Source of the DNA: Amoebophrya sp. A120 | Lineage: Eukaryota > Protista > Dinoflagellata | Direction: 5' to 3' | NCBI GenBank assembly: GCA_905178155.1 | Contig: CAJINV010000005.1 | Location: 4,443,556-4,507,555, forward strand | Length of the DNA: 64,000 bases | In this document: piece by piece, positions 26,030 through 39,600 of the stretch | Numbering within the stretch: position 1 is the first letter of the stretch | Layout of the letters: the number at the start of each line of letters is the position of its first letter | The notes under the pieces: model-generated | Told to the model about the DNA's origin: nothing | Database searches by the model: none | The model's input: the letters and a program-made list of their open reading frames with translations, nothing else | Translations under genes and position numbers: made by a program

Positions 26030-27410
26030 GTAGTTGTAAAGAGCGACTGCGAAGGAGCAAAAACTTCCTCACTCGTGCCGTGCCTCCTGGCCAAGTAGTT
26101 GTTGTCGTAGGTATTGCTATTAAAAATCCTCTTCAGTTGCGACTGCTCAAGAACGCCGTTTCCTTCTGGGAATCCGCTGTCGTGCAGGTGACAGCGTTCA
26201 TTCGAACAAGTGTTAGACCACGTTGACGAACAAAGATGCTTCTAAAAATATTTTATCCATCTTGCTTTGGGAGGGCGCCTTGCAGAGGCCGCCTTGCAGA
26301 GGCTTTAGCTCATGAAGAGAATTCCAGCTGCAGGCACTCGTAAAGTTCTGGAACGCTACTCCAGCCTCATAGCCTCATCAATTTGCGAAGGCGGCTTCAA
26401 CCTTTTGCAGCGCCCTTAAGTAAAAATGTCGGTCAGCCACAGCCGTCGGGTCAAGTGTCGGAGTTGGCCAGAATAATTTCGCGTGTGAATATCGGCGCCA
26501 TTGTCAATTAGTTGCGTCGCCGTTGTGGTCCTTTTCCTTGCGAGCAGGCCCAGCGCCTTAATATCATCCCTCTTGCGACGTTCAAGAGTAAGAGTCTCGG
26601 TCCTTCGTGCGAACAATTCTCTCTGTTTCTTCGTCCGCTGAACTTTTTTCGTGCACCGATTGTATCGTATTCGTACGTCGGCGTCGTATCCGTATCTGTA
26701 TCGGTCCTCGGAGTAGTAAATCAACCGTTGTCCTCTCGTTGTACTTGTCGTCGGTCGGTCTCGTTCATGGAACAAAGTACAAATACTTAAATAGACGTAT
26801 GCGTCAGCGTCTTTGCGTACGGAGAAAGAATAGTAGAATCTCCACAGGCAAAGACAAGAGATGATATCTTATTGATATTGAGTGATGATTTATCACCAGC
26901 AGACGAGTTGTCGTTAGTCCCTGTTTCTCACTTGTACTGCTCCCCCCCAAATAAACACAGTGTGGATCACATCAACAAGGCCTAATCAGCATCGTTTGCA
27001 AATGCAATGTGGAGGCGGCGAGCTCAAGCGGCCTCCGCCTCCTCTGACGAGCAGTAAAAAAGTAAGTACTTACGTAAGTTGTACCCATTTCTGAAGATGA
27101 ACTGTTTCTCATTTCTTTTTTCTAAACACACACGACAATCGCATTGCTATTCTATCTTTGTCTTTCTAAGGTAAAGGTTGGTTGCATTCGGTTGCGTAAC
27201 AACTCTGAAACAAGTGGAGAGGAGTTGTTATCTTCTAAGGCAGATTGTTGGTGCAAGATTCTTCAGGGAACTCCGTAGTACACCGGTAACGGAGAAGAAC
27301 AAGACACGAAGGTGGCCATCGAAAGATGAAACTGGCGTAAGCATATGATCATGTTGTACAGCGAAGAACACGCAGCACTGGCAGCTTTATTTCAGTCATA
27401 GAGCAGGAGG

Positions 27411-30400
27411 ATGTTCGGGAGCCGGAAGAGAGAGGAGTCTTCTGGCGGTTCCGCTCGTGTGGATCAAGGCGTTTTGTACATGGACCATGAAGCCTCCTAC
27501 TTGCGTGGGTTTTTCAGAGAGTCGGAGACGTCCCGGAGTTTCCAGCCCTCCGCGGCCGAGGTGGTTGCGCAGAGCACGGGCTCCCTTGGGGGACAGCTGC
27601 ATTCCTACCTGCGGGACAAGGATGGACGGCCGCTCGCGTACTACCTTGTGAACCTGGAGCCCGATGGAGGGCGATTGTTGGAGCTGGCGTCCGCGCCGGT
27701 GTTTAGCCAGTCGGTCTCGGCGACGAACACGAACACGAGGGCCGGTGCTTCGCGGACGAGTGAGCATAGTTCTCCACCACCGGTGGTCCGGTCTGTGTCG
27801 CGTGAATCGGGCCGAACTGTCTCGCGTGAAACGGATGCGCACCAGCTAAAAACACGCGGCCGAACTGTTCTCTCAGGTGCGGATGTCCAGCTGCAAGCGT
27901 CGTCCAAGGACCAAGCGGAGGCTGTCGCCCAGGCGCTAGAAAAGCAGCGTGCGGCCGAGGTGATTCAAATGCGGCTTGACGGGTATCTGAGCCAGCCGGT
28001 GCCCCCGGAGATCTTGCGCCCGATGGGCAATGGGAAGCACGATGACCCGCGGATGACTGTCGACCCCGAGGAGTACAGGCCGCAGCTCCTCTGGGCTGAC
28101 GTACTTCTGCATGGTCGTGGAGCCGTGGGTATTGTGCGGAAAAATCCCCCCTCCCATCTTGAAGAGGCATCCTTCTGAAAATTTGTCATGCAGATTTGTG
28201 GTCACAATCACAAATCATTGCAAGAGATTCCGCCGCATTATGCACGCGGTTTGTGAAGATGCTGTCAGAGGACCTAAAGGGCAGACGTTTGCCATGCTAA
28301 GCGCCTAGCTCAAAACATCCCTGCCCAGGCTATGCATCTGCCTGTATTCCCTTACTGCAAGAACACACAGCTTATTTGTGTACGGACATCCTGCGTCAGA
28401 GATTTCCACTTTGATATGTGGAAGGAGGATTTTTCATTTTGATAGTGGGTGAAACGGTGCTGCATCTGTGCTTTCTGCTCGGCACCCCGCCGCACCGAAC
28501 GCTAGCGACCTACATGGTGAGGCGATTCGGGACAATCTTGTGCCGGCAGGCGTGGGACCCCGTATCCTGTGCAAAGATGTCCCCGTCACACACGTGCCAT
28601 TTGACTTAATGCGGTTCGTGAGTGGTTTTGCCTCTGGCTCCTCCTTCGCTTCATTGTGCACATGCTCTTAGCACGGTATGGACTTGATTTCGAAAAATGA
28701 TTTTATTTGTCTTGCCTCCTACCTTCCTCTTCGCTCTTGCCCTTTTTCAAAATCACTTCCCGTTCCATTCCACAGGCCGAAGTTCATGAGCAAGAAAATT
28801 GATCTAAAAGCCGTTTTAGACATAGATTAGTTTTTGTTTTAGTTTACTTCTTATGCAGAATTGATGTATTTCTATTAAGCATCCATAAGACCAAAGCAAA
28901 ATGCCTAGCTGTGCATCCCCGTGTCAAGGGGATCCGAGCCTGTGGAATGAATGAGTGTCCACAATGATAAAGATGATGCGGCTCGCATTGCATGAGCGAC
29001 GGGTTCACTGGAGGGAAGTTTTTCTCTTACTCTATCTAATGATCAGGATGAAGGGACGAGTGGCCTTGTTCCACGATACCTAGTCACGGCTATGTTGCTG
29101 CTCGCCTGTTGTACGCTCCTGTTGTTAAAATGCGTAACCGCAGGAACTCCCGCATCCAGAACTAAAACTTCCCGAATTGTTGTACAAATGAAGCGTCGAA
29201 ATTCACAATGTGGTCACATGGTGGGGACATTTTTGAAGAGGACATTCCCTCATCCACCAGCACGCGCAGCTCGGCGACAAGGATCCCCGTTGGAAACTGC
29301 TTAAGAAGTTGAGCAAGAACAAAAAAAGCGATCCCGGTCACCCCATCTTGACGACGTCACTGAGTTTTTCTACGGACTGGGCGAAGAGCAGAACCAACTT
29401 GGATGAATCTAATCGGCCGACATGCACAACCAACCGTGATGGGAGGAGTGATCTTTTGCTTAGCACATTCAATGGAACCGATCAAGAAGAAGCTACTGGC
29501 GCAGACTTTCCCGCCGGATCGTCTCATTATAATTCATCGGGGGAGAACTTCTATGAGCTTCGCGAGGACGGCGATGGCATTGATGAAAAGGAGCAGTCCA
29601 CCTCCGGGAGTGTGGCAGCTGAGAAACAACTAGCCGGGACGAGCGCAATGTTGAGTGGAGATGATCAAGCGAACAAACAAGCCAAGACAAATCTGAACAG
29701 AGTTGTCAACAAAACGCGCGGCGGCACGTCTCTCTTGGAGCAGCACGACATCGAAATTAGCGTGGGAGCACCACGGCGACCGGAGGGCTCGACGATCGCC
29801 TCCGTGGCTATTGAGGAGGGGAGTAGTAGAACCGAACCCCTAAAAGTAGGGCCACTACCTGAAGAGACATCTCGTTCAGGCGGCGCTAATCCCGTGAGCA
29901 TCAACAGGAACAACGACGAGGAGGACCACCTGACGTCCTCCGCTGCTGCTCAACGCGTCTCCGCAACTAGAGTCAAAGTGTTTGACGGAAGTGAGGAAGT
30001 CAACCACACGTTGTTTGATTTAGATACATATTGTCTGCGCAGTGGCGCTATGAGTCTGCCCGTTGACGCCGTCAGCCGGAACACTCACCCGCTTTCTTAT
30101 TCCGAGCTGACCGGCGCCCAGGGGCCCGACGCGCTTTTGGAAAGGCTGGACGGCGAGGAGGGAGCGGGTGCGACGAAGGCGACCCTTGTGAAATACGTGG
30201 ACGCCACGTACACTGGAGACAGCTACCGCGGCGAGGCCTGCATCCACATCGCGATCACCAACGGGGATCTGGCGCAAGTGAAGCTGCTTGTCGAAGACGG
30301 CATGTGCGATACGCGTTGGGTGATGACCACCGGGTCCTTCTTTCGCGGGAAGCTGTATTACGGCGGGCGCCCGCTCAACTTCGCCGCGGCGCACGGCAAC

Positions 30401-33400
30401 GTAGAGATCTTTGATTTTCTCCTCGAGAAGTATACTCAGACCGCTGCGGCGGCCTACGACGAGGCCCACCAGGTTGAAGAAGATACGCGCGAGGATGTTG
30501 TAAAGGCGACGGACTTGGTGTTGAACGCGGACCGCCGCGGTCGCGGCGCGAACCTCCGTAGCGACGAGCCCGATCCCTACAAAAACGACCGCCACACGGC
30601 GGCGCGTGAAACAAAGGGGACGGAGAGTACTAGCGGCCCTCGAGTAATAAAAGCAGGGGAAGGTGGAACAGCGTGGAGCCAACCTCTCGCCTCTCCAAGG
30701 GGAACAAGATCAACAGCATCAACATCGCGGCTTGTCATGCGGCCCTCGCCGTTCGCAGGGCAAAGGAGTGCTGCGACAGGCTACGTGGGGTCATGCTCCG
30801 GCCCCTCGCTCTTTCATCTGCGCGTCGGGGACAGGAGGAAGCTCCGAGAGGTTGAGCAGCAGCGGAAGGCGTTTATGCAACAGGGCGACCAGTACGGGAA
30901 CACAGTACTTCACTTGATGGTTTTGCACGGTCAATTGAACCTGCTACGCCACGTGCTGCGTACGTACCAACACGAAATCGAGCTCTTCCAGCTGAATCAT
31001 ATCGGATTCGCGCCCCTCAACTTGGCTGCGGCCATCTATCAAATGTAAAAATGTCTGGGTCTGGTTGCATTCTTCCAGTGGAAGAATGCAACTTGTGATG
31101 CTAACTTTGGACTCTAGAAAAATCTGTATTGCATGACCAGCAAGAGGAGTCTAGTTTGTACTACGCGGGGAGGGCGTTTGTCATGCGGAGTAGGCATCAG
31201 GAAGCCAGCGCAAAATCTGTGATGCGCGCTCGTGCATTACAGACATCCTGGGTCATGCAAAACATGCATGACAAATCTCAGAATCTTCCAGACCCAGAAA
31301 TTTTTACAGTTGATACCATCCAGAACCCGGCAATCTTTGATGTTCTGATGGAACTCAGCGGAGAAACTTTGTGGGCGTACGGGCCCGTACGGTGCATCCG
31401 CTACCCGCTTCTCAAGCTGGACTCCGTGCTCTCCCGGCAACTGCGGGCTGGGTACGCACAGGCCCCCCCGCAGACGCCGGACAAGAAGCCGCTCCTCAAA
31501 GATGTTGTTGACCACCACAAAGGCGAAGTAGTAGAAGAGGATGCTGGGGCTGCAGCTGCACCAGCTAGTACGCCAACTACAACATCGCCCACCCAGCAAC
31601 TCCAGGACGACGACATGCATGCAGCCGCGGGGCGCAGCCTCCGCTCAGTTCTGGAGATTATTGTAGACACGAAGTGCCACAGCCTATTTACCCCCATTGT
31701 GCGCCAGCTGATCCAGGACAAGTGGCAGATGTACGGTTCCAAGGTGTTCCTCCTGCACATGACGCTCTTTTTCCTAAACCTGGTTCTCGTGGTGCTGGCG
31801 ACGGAGTATCACACAGAAAAAAGCTGGCAGGGAAAGAGAAAAGAAATTAGTACACAATAAATATTAAATTTATTCTCTTGCATGTCTCAACAAACGGGAA
31901 CAGCGTGAATGCTTCTATGGGCTCACCCATGACAGATTTTTCTGGGTTCTACGAGCTATTGTGGGTTTCATTGTTCATTGTATGTTGTTTGTTTGTTTGT
32001 TTGTGTTCATGCGTGAAGGTGGGAACGCGTTTACACACCTTTTTCTAGCGCTATTTCAAGAAAAACCCTAGCGCTCATTGTTCTTATTTTTTCTAATACA
32101 AATACAAAGCATTCTTGCCAGCTTTTTTCTGTATGATACAGAGAACTTCGTGCCGATGGACTTGCCTGCCTTTGGCATTCTGCTCATCCTCGCGCTCGAG
32201 GGAGGCAAGTTTGTCCACTGGTCCCAACGAAATATGGGCCCCGACCGGCACCTTGGCTGCGGCGCCGCGTCCACCTTCATGGCGGTGCGTAGAGCCGCGG
32301 ACACTATCACCTTCGAGGGCTGCACGCTCATTCTGTACAGCCTCTTCGTGCTTGTGGTGTACGTGCGTGTGGTGCTGGGGCGGTTCGACGATGGGGCGGG
32401 GCGGGTCGGCGGTGGCACCTCGTCCTTATCAAATGCAAATATGTCTGGGTCTGGAAAGTTCTGATGCTAAAATGTGCATGATGAGAGCACTTCCTTATGC
32501 AGGAAGGCATGACAAGTTTCAGTTTGCAGCACGCTTTCTCATACGCAATCAGCACGAGAGGCTGCGACGTATTTGTATGAAAAGAGAGGCTGCGACTTTT
32601 GCTAGTCATGTGAGCCAGTAATTACTGATACCCCCATAATATATTGGTATGCCAGTACACGAAGGGCCCTGCCCCTTCCTGTCCTAGAACAAACGCCACA
32701 TACAAATCGCCAGTGCATATAAAATGGCCACTTTGTCTGGCACCTTCTGGTCCCGCCGGAACCTTCCAGCACTGGCCCGGCCGTCAAGTACGGGGCCCCC
32801 AGTAACTACTGGGGGCCCCGTACGCAACTGGTCCTACGATGCCCCTGCGCCCTCGTTTTATATTGCCCTGGTTTTGTCCGACTGCAATACGTGGCTGCGT
32901 AGCCAAAACAAAACAGCCACTCAATGAAAAACATTGGAAAAAGAGCTACGCCTCGGTCTTCTCCACTTTCAGGAGACTCTGCAGCAAGAGTGCTAAGGAG
33001 CGAGAGAACTCTGCTAGCTACCAAAGCGCGCACACGAAACAAGCTCGGCCCTTGTATGTTTTCGAAGCGCCGCCTGCAAGCGTGCCCCCGCCGCCTGCTA
33101 ACAAAATATCGATCCGCAATAGGTCCTCACCGCGCGCGCGCCGCTAGTTTTTTTGGTTTAGCGCCCCTTTTCTCCGCTTGTGTCGCTCCTTGTGCGCAGT
33201 GCGCTCTCCGCAAGCCTCCCTTTGCGCTCTTCTGTTGTTCCGCGGAGCGATCTTTTCGCGCGCGGTGGATTGTGGCCTGCTTTGCGTAGCAATTTGCTGC
33301 TCTGCCACGCTCGCCGCCAGCTTTTTACTCGCTTTTCTTGGACCATACAACTCCGTTGTATGCGTCCGGCAGTACATACAAAAACTGCTTTTTTGTATAG

Positions 33401-35056
33401 CGGATTTCGGTGTTCCTCTCTCCTTTCGTATCACATGCAATACAGATTTCGTAGGAATGTAAGACCAGCAATACAAGTTCCAACCTTCCAGACCCAGACA
33501 TATTCGCAATGCATAGTCCTCGGTCAGTGACTACGATTCTCGCTGGGCCTACGACTACGCGACGGAGGTTATCCTGAGTAAAAACGTCCCCACACCAGAG
33601 TTGTCATGCAGATCTGCAAGCACAAGAGCGTTTGTAATGCGCATCCCCATGAGAGGCATTAATCATCGTGTTTTGGAACTTGTAATGCTGTAAACAGCAT
33701 AAGGAGATGGATTTGTTATGCGGCTTCCCTTGCTAAACTGCACTACACTACAGCCTGCAATTTGTCATGCGTGGTTCCCAAAACTTCAAGGTTTGTGTTG
33801 CAAAATGCCCATCTTCACTCTGGGATGGGGACGTTTTTACAAATGATAGAGGTAGCGTGGTTCGACCCGAGTTCCGTGTCGCCGCGCGTGCTGCTCGGGG
33901 TGGCGTCCTTGTTCGGGTGGGGTCACTTTCTGCACAGCCTTCGCGGCATGCAGTTTCTCGGACCCTTCGTGATCATGATCAAGCTGATGCTGAAGAAGGA
34001 CTTTGCGCGGTTTGGCATCATTTACGTGCTAGTGGCGGCGGGATTCGGGATCCTGCTGCGGGTGATGTTCCTGGATACCATCCGCCGGGATCGGCTGTCG
34101 TGGGAAACGTCCCACGCGGCCTTTGTGGGTGCGTATGGCAACCGCACCTTCACAACGCACGATCTGGACAGAACCATGGTCACCACGCCCGCGCCCCACT
34201 TTTCCGACTTCTCCGCCACCTTTCTGGGGGACTACGGCAAGGTGTACAAGAACGTCCAGATCATGTTCCGAGGCTCCTTCGGGGAGATGGACGACGAGGT
34301 ATTTTCGGACGCAGAAAATTATCAGACCGAGAATTGCAAGAACACACTGTCTACATAGATATTTAGCAAGATGGTATAGTAAGCCACTCGCGAAATGATT
34401 TTCCGATCAAGAGTACCAAAATTGGTGGCTCTACTCTTTTTTTGCAGCTCAGATGAAGAGATGCGTTGTCATGAACAAAAATGGGACCACCACCGACGGT
34501 CTTGGGCCGCGGTGGAGAAGATTAATATCAAGAGAATGGCGTGCGATGTTGTATGTATAAAATACTGGGCCGCGGCTCCGAGGAAAATGTAAATGAAAAA
34601 TGAAAATCGGGATTTAGTGAAGGGAAATAAACAAGCTCTCATGCAGCTGTGATGAAAGAATTGAATTACAATTATGCGCAATTATGTGGTACAACTGGTG
34701 TGGGTGTTCGAAGTTTTCTTCCGCATACAAGCAATCAGTACAATTTTTTCTCCCTGCTGGTGTACAACATGTTTGTCGTGCTCTCCGCGATCGTGCTCTT
34801 CAACCTCCTGATTGCGATGATGGCGGACACCTACCACCGCGTGCGCACCATGGCGAACGACGAGTACCTGCTGCAGCGAACGAGCTGGATCCTGGAGGCG
34901 GAAAGGAGTACCCTGGCGCGCCTCGGCGTGCTCAACGTGCACAAAAACAGACCACCGCACCATGTGCGCACGGAAGACATAGTACTCCCGAACGGAGTCA
35001 CGCTGGAGAGCTACGCGATGCAAGTAGAAGTCCACACCAGGGCGGCGGATCACTAG
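27411..35056 (+). CDS. TRPV-like ankyrin-repeat cation channel (8 exons, 7 introner-type introns)
   Basis: RGAVGETVLHLC, YRGEACIHIAI, YYGGRPLNFAA, DQYGNTVLHLMV, LWAYGPV, GWGHFLHSLRGMQFLGPFVIMI...DFARF, LFNLLIAMMADTY...LLQRTSWILEAE are TRPV/OSM-9-type hallmarks; every junction is in frame after removing element +5 nt. Confidence 0.88.
28130..28444. mobile_element. introner element, TSD GTGGG (785 family, reverse orientation)
   Basis: TIR tattgtgcggaaaaatcc / ggatttttcattttgata; excision restores RGAVG|ETVLH. Confidence 0.92.
28563..29244. mobile_element. older, expanded introner with decayed TSD
   Basis: IR tatcctgtgcaaagatgtcccc / ggggacatttttgaagaggaca; removing element +5 nt joins to the frame of ORF 29309. 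Confidence 0.65.
31037..31315. mobile_element. introner element, TSD CCATC
   Basis: TIR tatcaaatgtaaaaatgtctgggtctgg / ccagacccagaaatttttacagttgata; excision restores AAI|QNPAIF. Confidence 0.93.
31807..32138. mobile_element. introner element, TSD CGGAG/CAGAG
   Basis: TIR tatcacacagaaaaaagctggca / tgccagcttttttctgtatgata; excision restores ATE|NFVP. Confidence 0.88.
32427..33515. mobile_element. 1089-bp introner (31037 family) carrying extra internal sequence, TSD GTCCT
   Basis: TIR tatcaaatgcaaatatgtctgggtctggaa / ttccagacccagacatattcgcaatgcata; excision restores GTSS|SVSDY. Confidence 0.88.
33570..33848. mobile_element. introner element, TSD GAGGT (close relative of 58121-58399)
   Basis: TIR tatcctgagtaaaaacgtcccca / tggggacgtttttacaaatgata; excision restores TEV|AWFDP. 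Confidence 0.93.
34320..34727. mobile_element. decayed introner
   Basis: tatcag...gcata termini with weak IR; removing element +5 nt is in frame (AEN|NQYNFF). Confidence 0.55.
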
Positions 35057-36697
35057 CAGTTCATATAGCACGCAGATCATCTGTTATTTCCTTTTTATAA
35101 TTTCCAAATTTCATAAAGTGAAAGTCAACACTTCAGTAAGTAAGTAAGTAGGTGGTCACTCTTTGCACCTGCTCTTGCATATCTATGTAGTGGCAGCCTG
35201 CTGCACTAGTAAATCTTAATGTTGGTCAGTATGATTTTCACTTCTATCACTGTTCGTATTGACCACATGCTTCAGAACAATCAGTCGCCCCCCCAATAGC
35301 AACACTCGACATTTTCTACGTAATTGTCCACGTTCATTGCATGTCTGTGCATTGCAATTGCAATCGCGTTAATGTGTGGCCATCAAGCGCACACAGGGTT
35401 TCAGTTTGTGTTTGACCGAACGGAATGGCTGCAAATAGAAGCGACGGCGTTCTCGGACGATGCAGCTAGGCTTTTTGGGATGAGTTTCGTTCTTTTTTTG
35501 GGAACAAAGAGCGAGATGTAATGCTCCGGGTTGTCATAGAGAAGAGCAAAAAGTACTGTACGAGAGACATCTGAGAGTCTTGCAAACTGGTGCCCGTCTT
35601 TTCAGTTTCCAAGGTCCAATTCAAAAGTGAGAGAGTGAGAATTTCGGCGCAGTTCACAGGATGGGTCCTTTCATCAAAGAGGTGGCGCAGAGGACATCGC
35701 TTTCTCCAAGATTCAGATTGGTGGATGTACCTTACGGATTTTGATTTAAATATGGGTTCCGGCTCGACGGAATAACCTTGCCGAAGTCTGTGTGGTACAG
35801 CCTACATAAGTTCGTTTTATCTGCGAATAAAGCAAGTATTTTTCGGTTGCTAGGTTGGAATTACGAGCTTTCGACGTGTGTTGTGTTGGAGATTCTCCAC
35901 CGCCGTGCGCGATAGCGGCGCTCAGAAACGCAGCTTGAGCGGTGACGCGTCTGAGGAAATAAGATAGGAAGTACCTTGAAGGTTATTTTGATTCATTTCT
36001 GGTGAAGATCAACAGACTGCAGCACAACTGAGGGTGTAGGCCGTGGCGGCACAATGTGCAAATGTCGGCCATGTGCTTGAACTTGAAGTTCAGAGCGCAG
36101 ACAAAGCTGCTTGCTGTAGGACCACCCTCGTGAAGATCAAGATCCTCTGCAAGGTCGTGGTCATCGAGGACCCTGATCCTCTGCAAGGGCCTGGTCCAGC
36201 CTCGTAATCCACCAAGCCTGGTGCAAAATCAAAAAAGATCCGCCACTAGCGCCCTGCTGGAGGTGCCAAGCGACCACGAACTTCGACTCAGAAGAAGTTG
36301 TTTCTCGATCAGCGTGGCTGTCTGCTCGGGGACGTGCATTTATCACCTTGCTGCGCTGGGTCTAGTCCGGATAGATACAACAAGATGAACAATCCGTCGC
36401 AGACACTGTTGCCGGCCAGCGGCGGCACGACGACTATCCGGCAGAGAAATCATCTGGTGATAGTACCTTCGTACATGACGAGGCTTTATTTCGGTGCGAA
36501 AGTCTTTCTTGCAGATCGGGCTAGAACAAACTGCATCTTGATGCACACTGGGCTGAGTATCTATGTCTAAATCTAACGCCTACTACTTGCCGAGAGCTGA
36601 CCCGCTCGCAATTTTTTTTGCCGCCATCAGAACTTACTAAACGCTCTCGATCATGTCTTCATGGCTATGTCATTATTTGGGATGATTTTTCATCGGG

Positions 36698-39600
36698 ATG
36701 AACGCGCAGTACGGGGGGGCCACGAATGCTCGGAACGCCCACGACCCATACAAATCAGGACCCAAGTCACGACTGTTGGGATTGGCGTTAATGATTGGGG
36801 TTCCTTGGTCCTTCTTCCTTCTGACCGGGATCCTCTTCGCATTTGTTTACCACTGGTACGTCGTATGAAAGTGCTGGACAGCTCTGTCCCCCTCATCCGT
36901 TGTACTGCAAAGTCCTCCAAGTTACATTGAGGCCTGTGGTTGTGCCTGTCTTCTGGCCGCGTCTACGGAAATAGGAGAAACTTCGAAAGCCCGAACAGGA
37001 GGCGCGCAGCCAGACCAGAAGTTTGTCACGACGCTGAAGCAATACGGACCTTCAGTGTGTGGTTGTTGATGGTGCTCATGCCTTCTCGCTAAGGGTCGGG
37101 GGACAAGAAGCAAAAATAGAACTGCGAATGAGGGGGACGAGGGCTTGTCCACTATCATACGTTTCCATGGTATGGCTGCTGGTGTCCTTCCTACTCTTCG
37201 TGAGCGTCCTCTTCATCATGGTTGACTACCGCAACAAAACCGGAGGAAGATGGTAGGATCCGTGTTTATTCTTGCCGATGTGCTATGAATCATTCCCACT
37301 AGGTGAAATTATAGTGGATGTTCTTCATAGTTCGATCGATCTCATGGGTAAGGAATACCATAGCTTCCTCCTCGTCTCACTGAGGAGGTAGCGTCTGTCT
37401 TTTTTCTGTCTTGGCTCAAGCCTACTTGAAATTGACGTCTGGCTCAAGCCAAGGTATGAGCGTTGGACTTAGTTTGTCCACCACCCTCCCCAGAACTCCT
37501 TTTCAGCTCAATAAAAATAAAATTTTGAATTTTCGCGGATTTCTGCGGAGTTTCGCCGTTTATTTTTACGGCTCTCCCACCACCATCCCCTTACACCACC
37601 TCCAATGTGGCTCAAGGAAATTCCAAAATCGAAAATGTTTTGTTAAGCATTTCGACCTCCGTTTTATTTTTAATTTGTTTTCAAATAGAAATAAAATTTT
37701 GAAATTTCGCGGCTTCTTTCTCCAAATTGGAGCCTTACTGCGATTTTTCGTCTCAAGTCTGCGCTTTCGTTACAATGGATATCATAACGTGACGAAGTCT
37801 GCGCTTCGTCTTGCTTTGGATACTGACTTGACTTGATCCTATACTATCGGGCTGAGAACTCGAAGGCGTATAGCGTACAAAGCCACGGCTTTAAGCTCGA
37901 GCAGACCAGATCTGCTTCAGCCACACATGGTGACGTGCTCTTGCGCGCACCCGATCACTTACACTTTTTTTAGGAGTTTGTAATGCTTTTTCGAAAGAGA
38001 TTTCAAGCACTACCCACTCCCCGTGTTGTTGATTTGGCAAAGCCAAAACGAGCTGCGCGCAACATTTCTTAGTCCATGTAAACATGGCTCTCTACATGAA
38101 TGGATCCACGAAGCAGCGAAGAGAGAATGCAGCAGTGCAGGCGTGTTTGATGGTTCGTGTTCCTGAGGAGATCAACTCTGAAGAAAGTGTTTATATTTGG
38201 AATATAGTGGATGTTCTTCATAGTTCGATCGATCTCATGGGTAAGGAATGCCATAGCTTCCTCCTCGTCTCACTGAGGAGGTAGCGTCTGTCTTTTTCTG
38301 CCCACCCTGATTCGAACTTGAGCTTCAACTTCTCCCACCCTCAGGACACGCTGCTTACACAGCGCTAAATGATTTTGTTTTTACAAAAGCGTACTTGTCG
38401 AGATGTCCGCACGATCTTCAGTGTCGTCTGTTAATTTTGATCACGCCTCTGATTCTAGTGGTCTTGTGCACCCAAGGACGTCGCGAGTATCGCGGGCGGA
38501 AGCTTTAGACTCAGCATCGCTTCCACATAAAGCTCTTTTCTGGCAAATGCTTAAAGTAGACGTGTGCACCGACAACCACTATAGCTTAAACGCGTCTTCT
38601 AATAATATTTTCCACCACGACGAAACGCCGGGAGTCGCGGGCGACGCTTTCAACTCCGATTTGTTGGAGGGAAGGTGCGACCGAGTGGATCCAATCGGAC
38701 ACGTTAATAGTCGAGACTGCTGGGACGACTACGCTTTCAAAAGCGCGGACCAGGAGGACATTGGTTATTTAGGTGCGAACTTGCGGGACTTGGAAAAGTA
38801 CCCGCAGACAATCGCGTCCGCGCAGAGCTTGGAGCAGTTCCGGAACGTCAACCGAATTGGAAAAGCGGTGGACATCATCGGGCAGTCGCCGACGTACGAA
38901 ATCCGCGGGCCACACGGAGTCCACCAGGAAAATATCGTGGAACGTCGATTGATTTCAACGTGTTTCATTTACGTCATTGGCTACTTCTTCGTGGCCCGGC
39001 GCGGAGACAAACGTAACGCGGCGACGCACGCCGCATCGGAGCATCTGCGTACGCAGGAGGACGACCAGTGCCTCGTCGCAGCAATCACAACTATCACGAT
39101 TAGGGATTTCACCCGTCTGCAGTTGATAGCGTTTCTTAACGATTTCCGCTGCGCCGGGAATTTAGTAAAAACCTTCTTCCAGAAGTGGGTGCTCGGTGAG
39201 CTGCACGACGCAACCGCAGACCACGAACTAGCCGCACCCAGTGGGTGCAGAGAAGTGCTGTTCGAGACCTACCGCCCCTGGGACTACACCGAGGATATCA
39301 ATTTAATCCAGGGCCAGTTGTTTCCCGCCCAACTCGACCCACCACCGAACTCAATCCCACTCAGCACTCTGCGTCGTCGATTGGAAGTATCCTTGCGGTA
39401 CCAAAGGCAACTAGTTACTGTTCCCTGCCCTTTCGGTTATTCTAGGTGGGGGGAGTATTTCGGGTTGGACGGACGGGCCAACCGACGACCAATTGAGCTT
39501 GCCGCAGGAGAACTAGGCTTCGCGGAAGCAGCTTCGATTGGAATCGGGTTTGACCGCCACCCAGACGGCAAACCAAGAGCAATCTTCTTCCCGCGAACAC

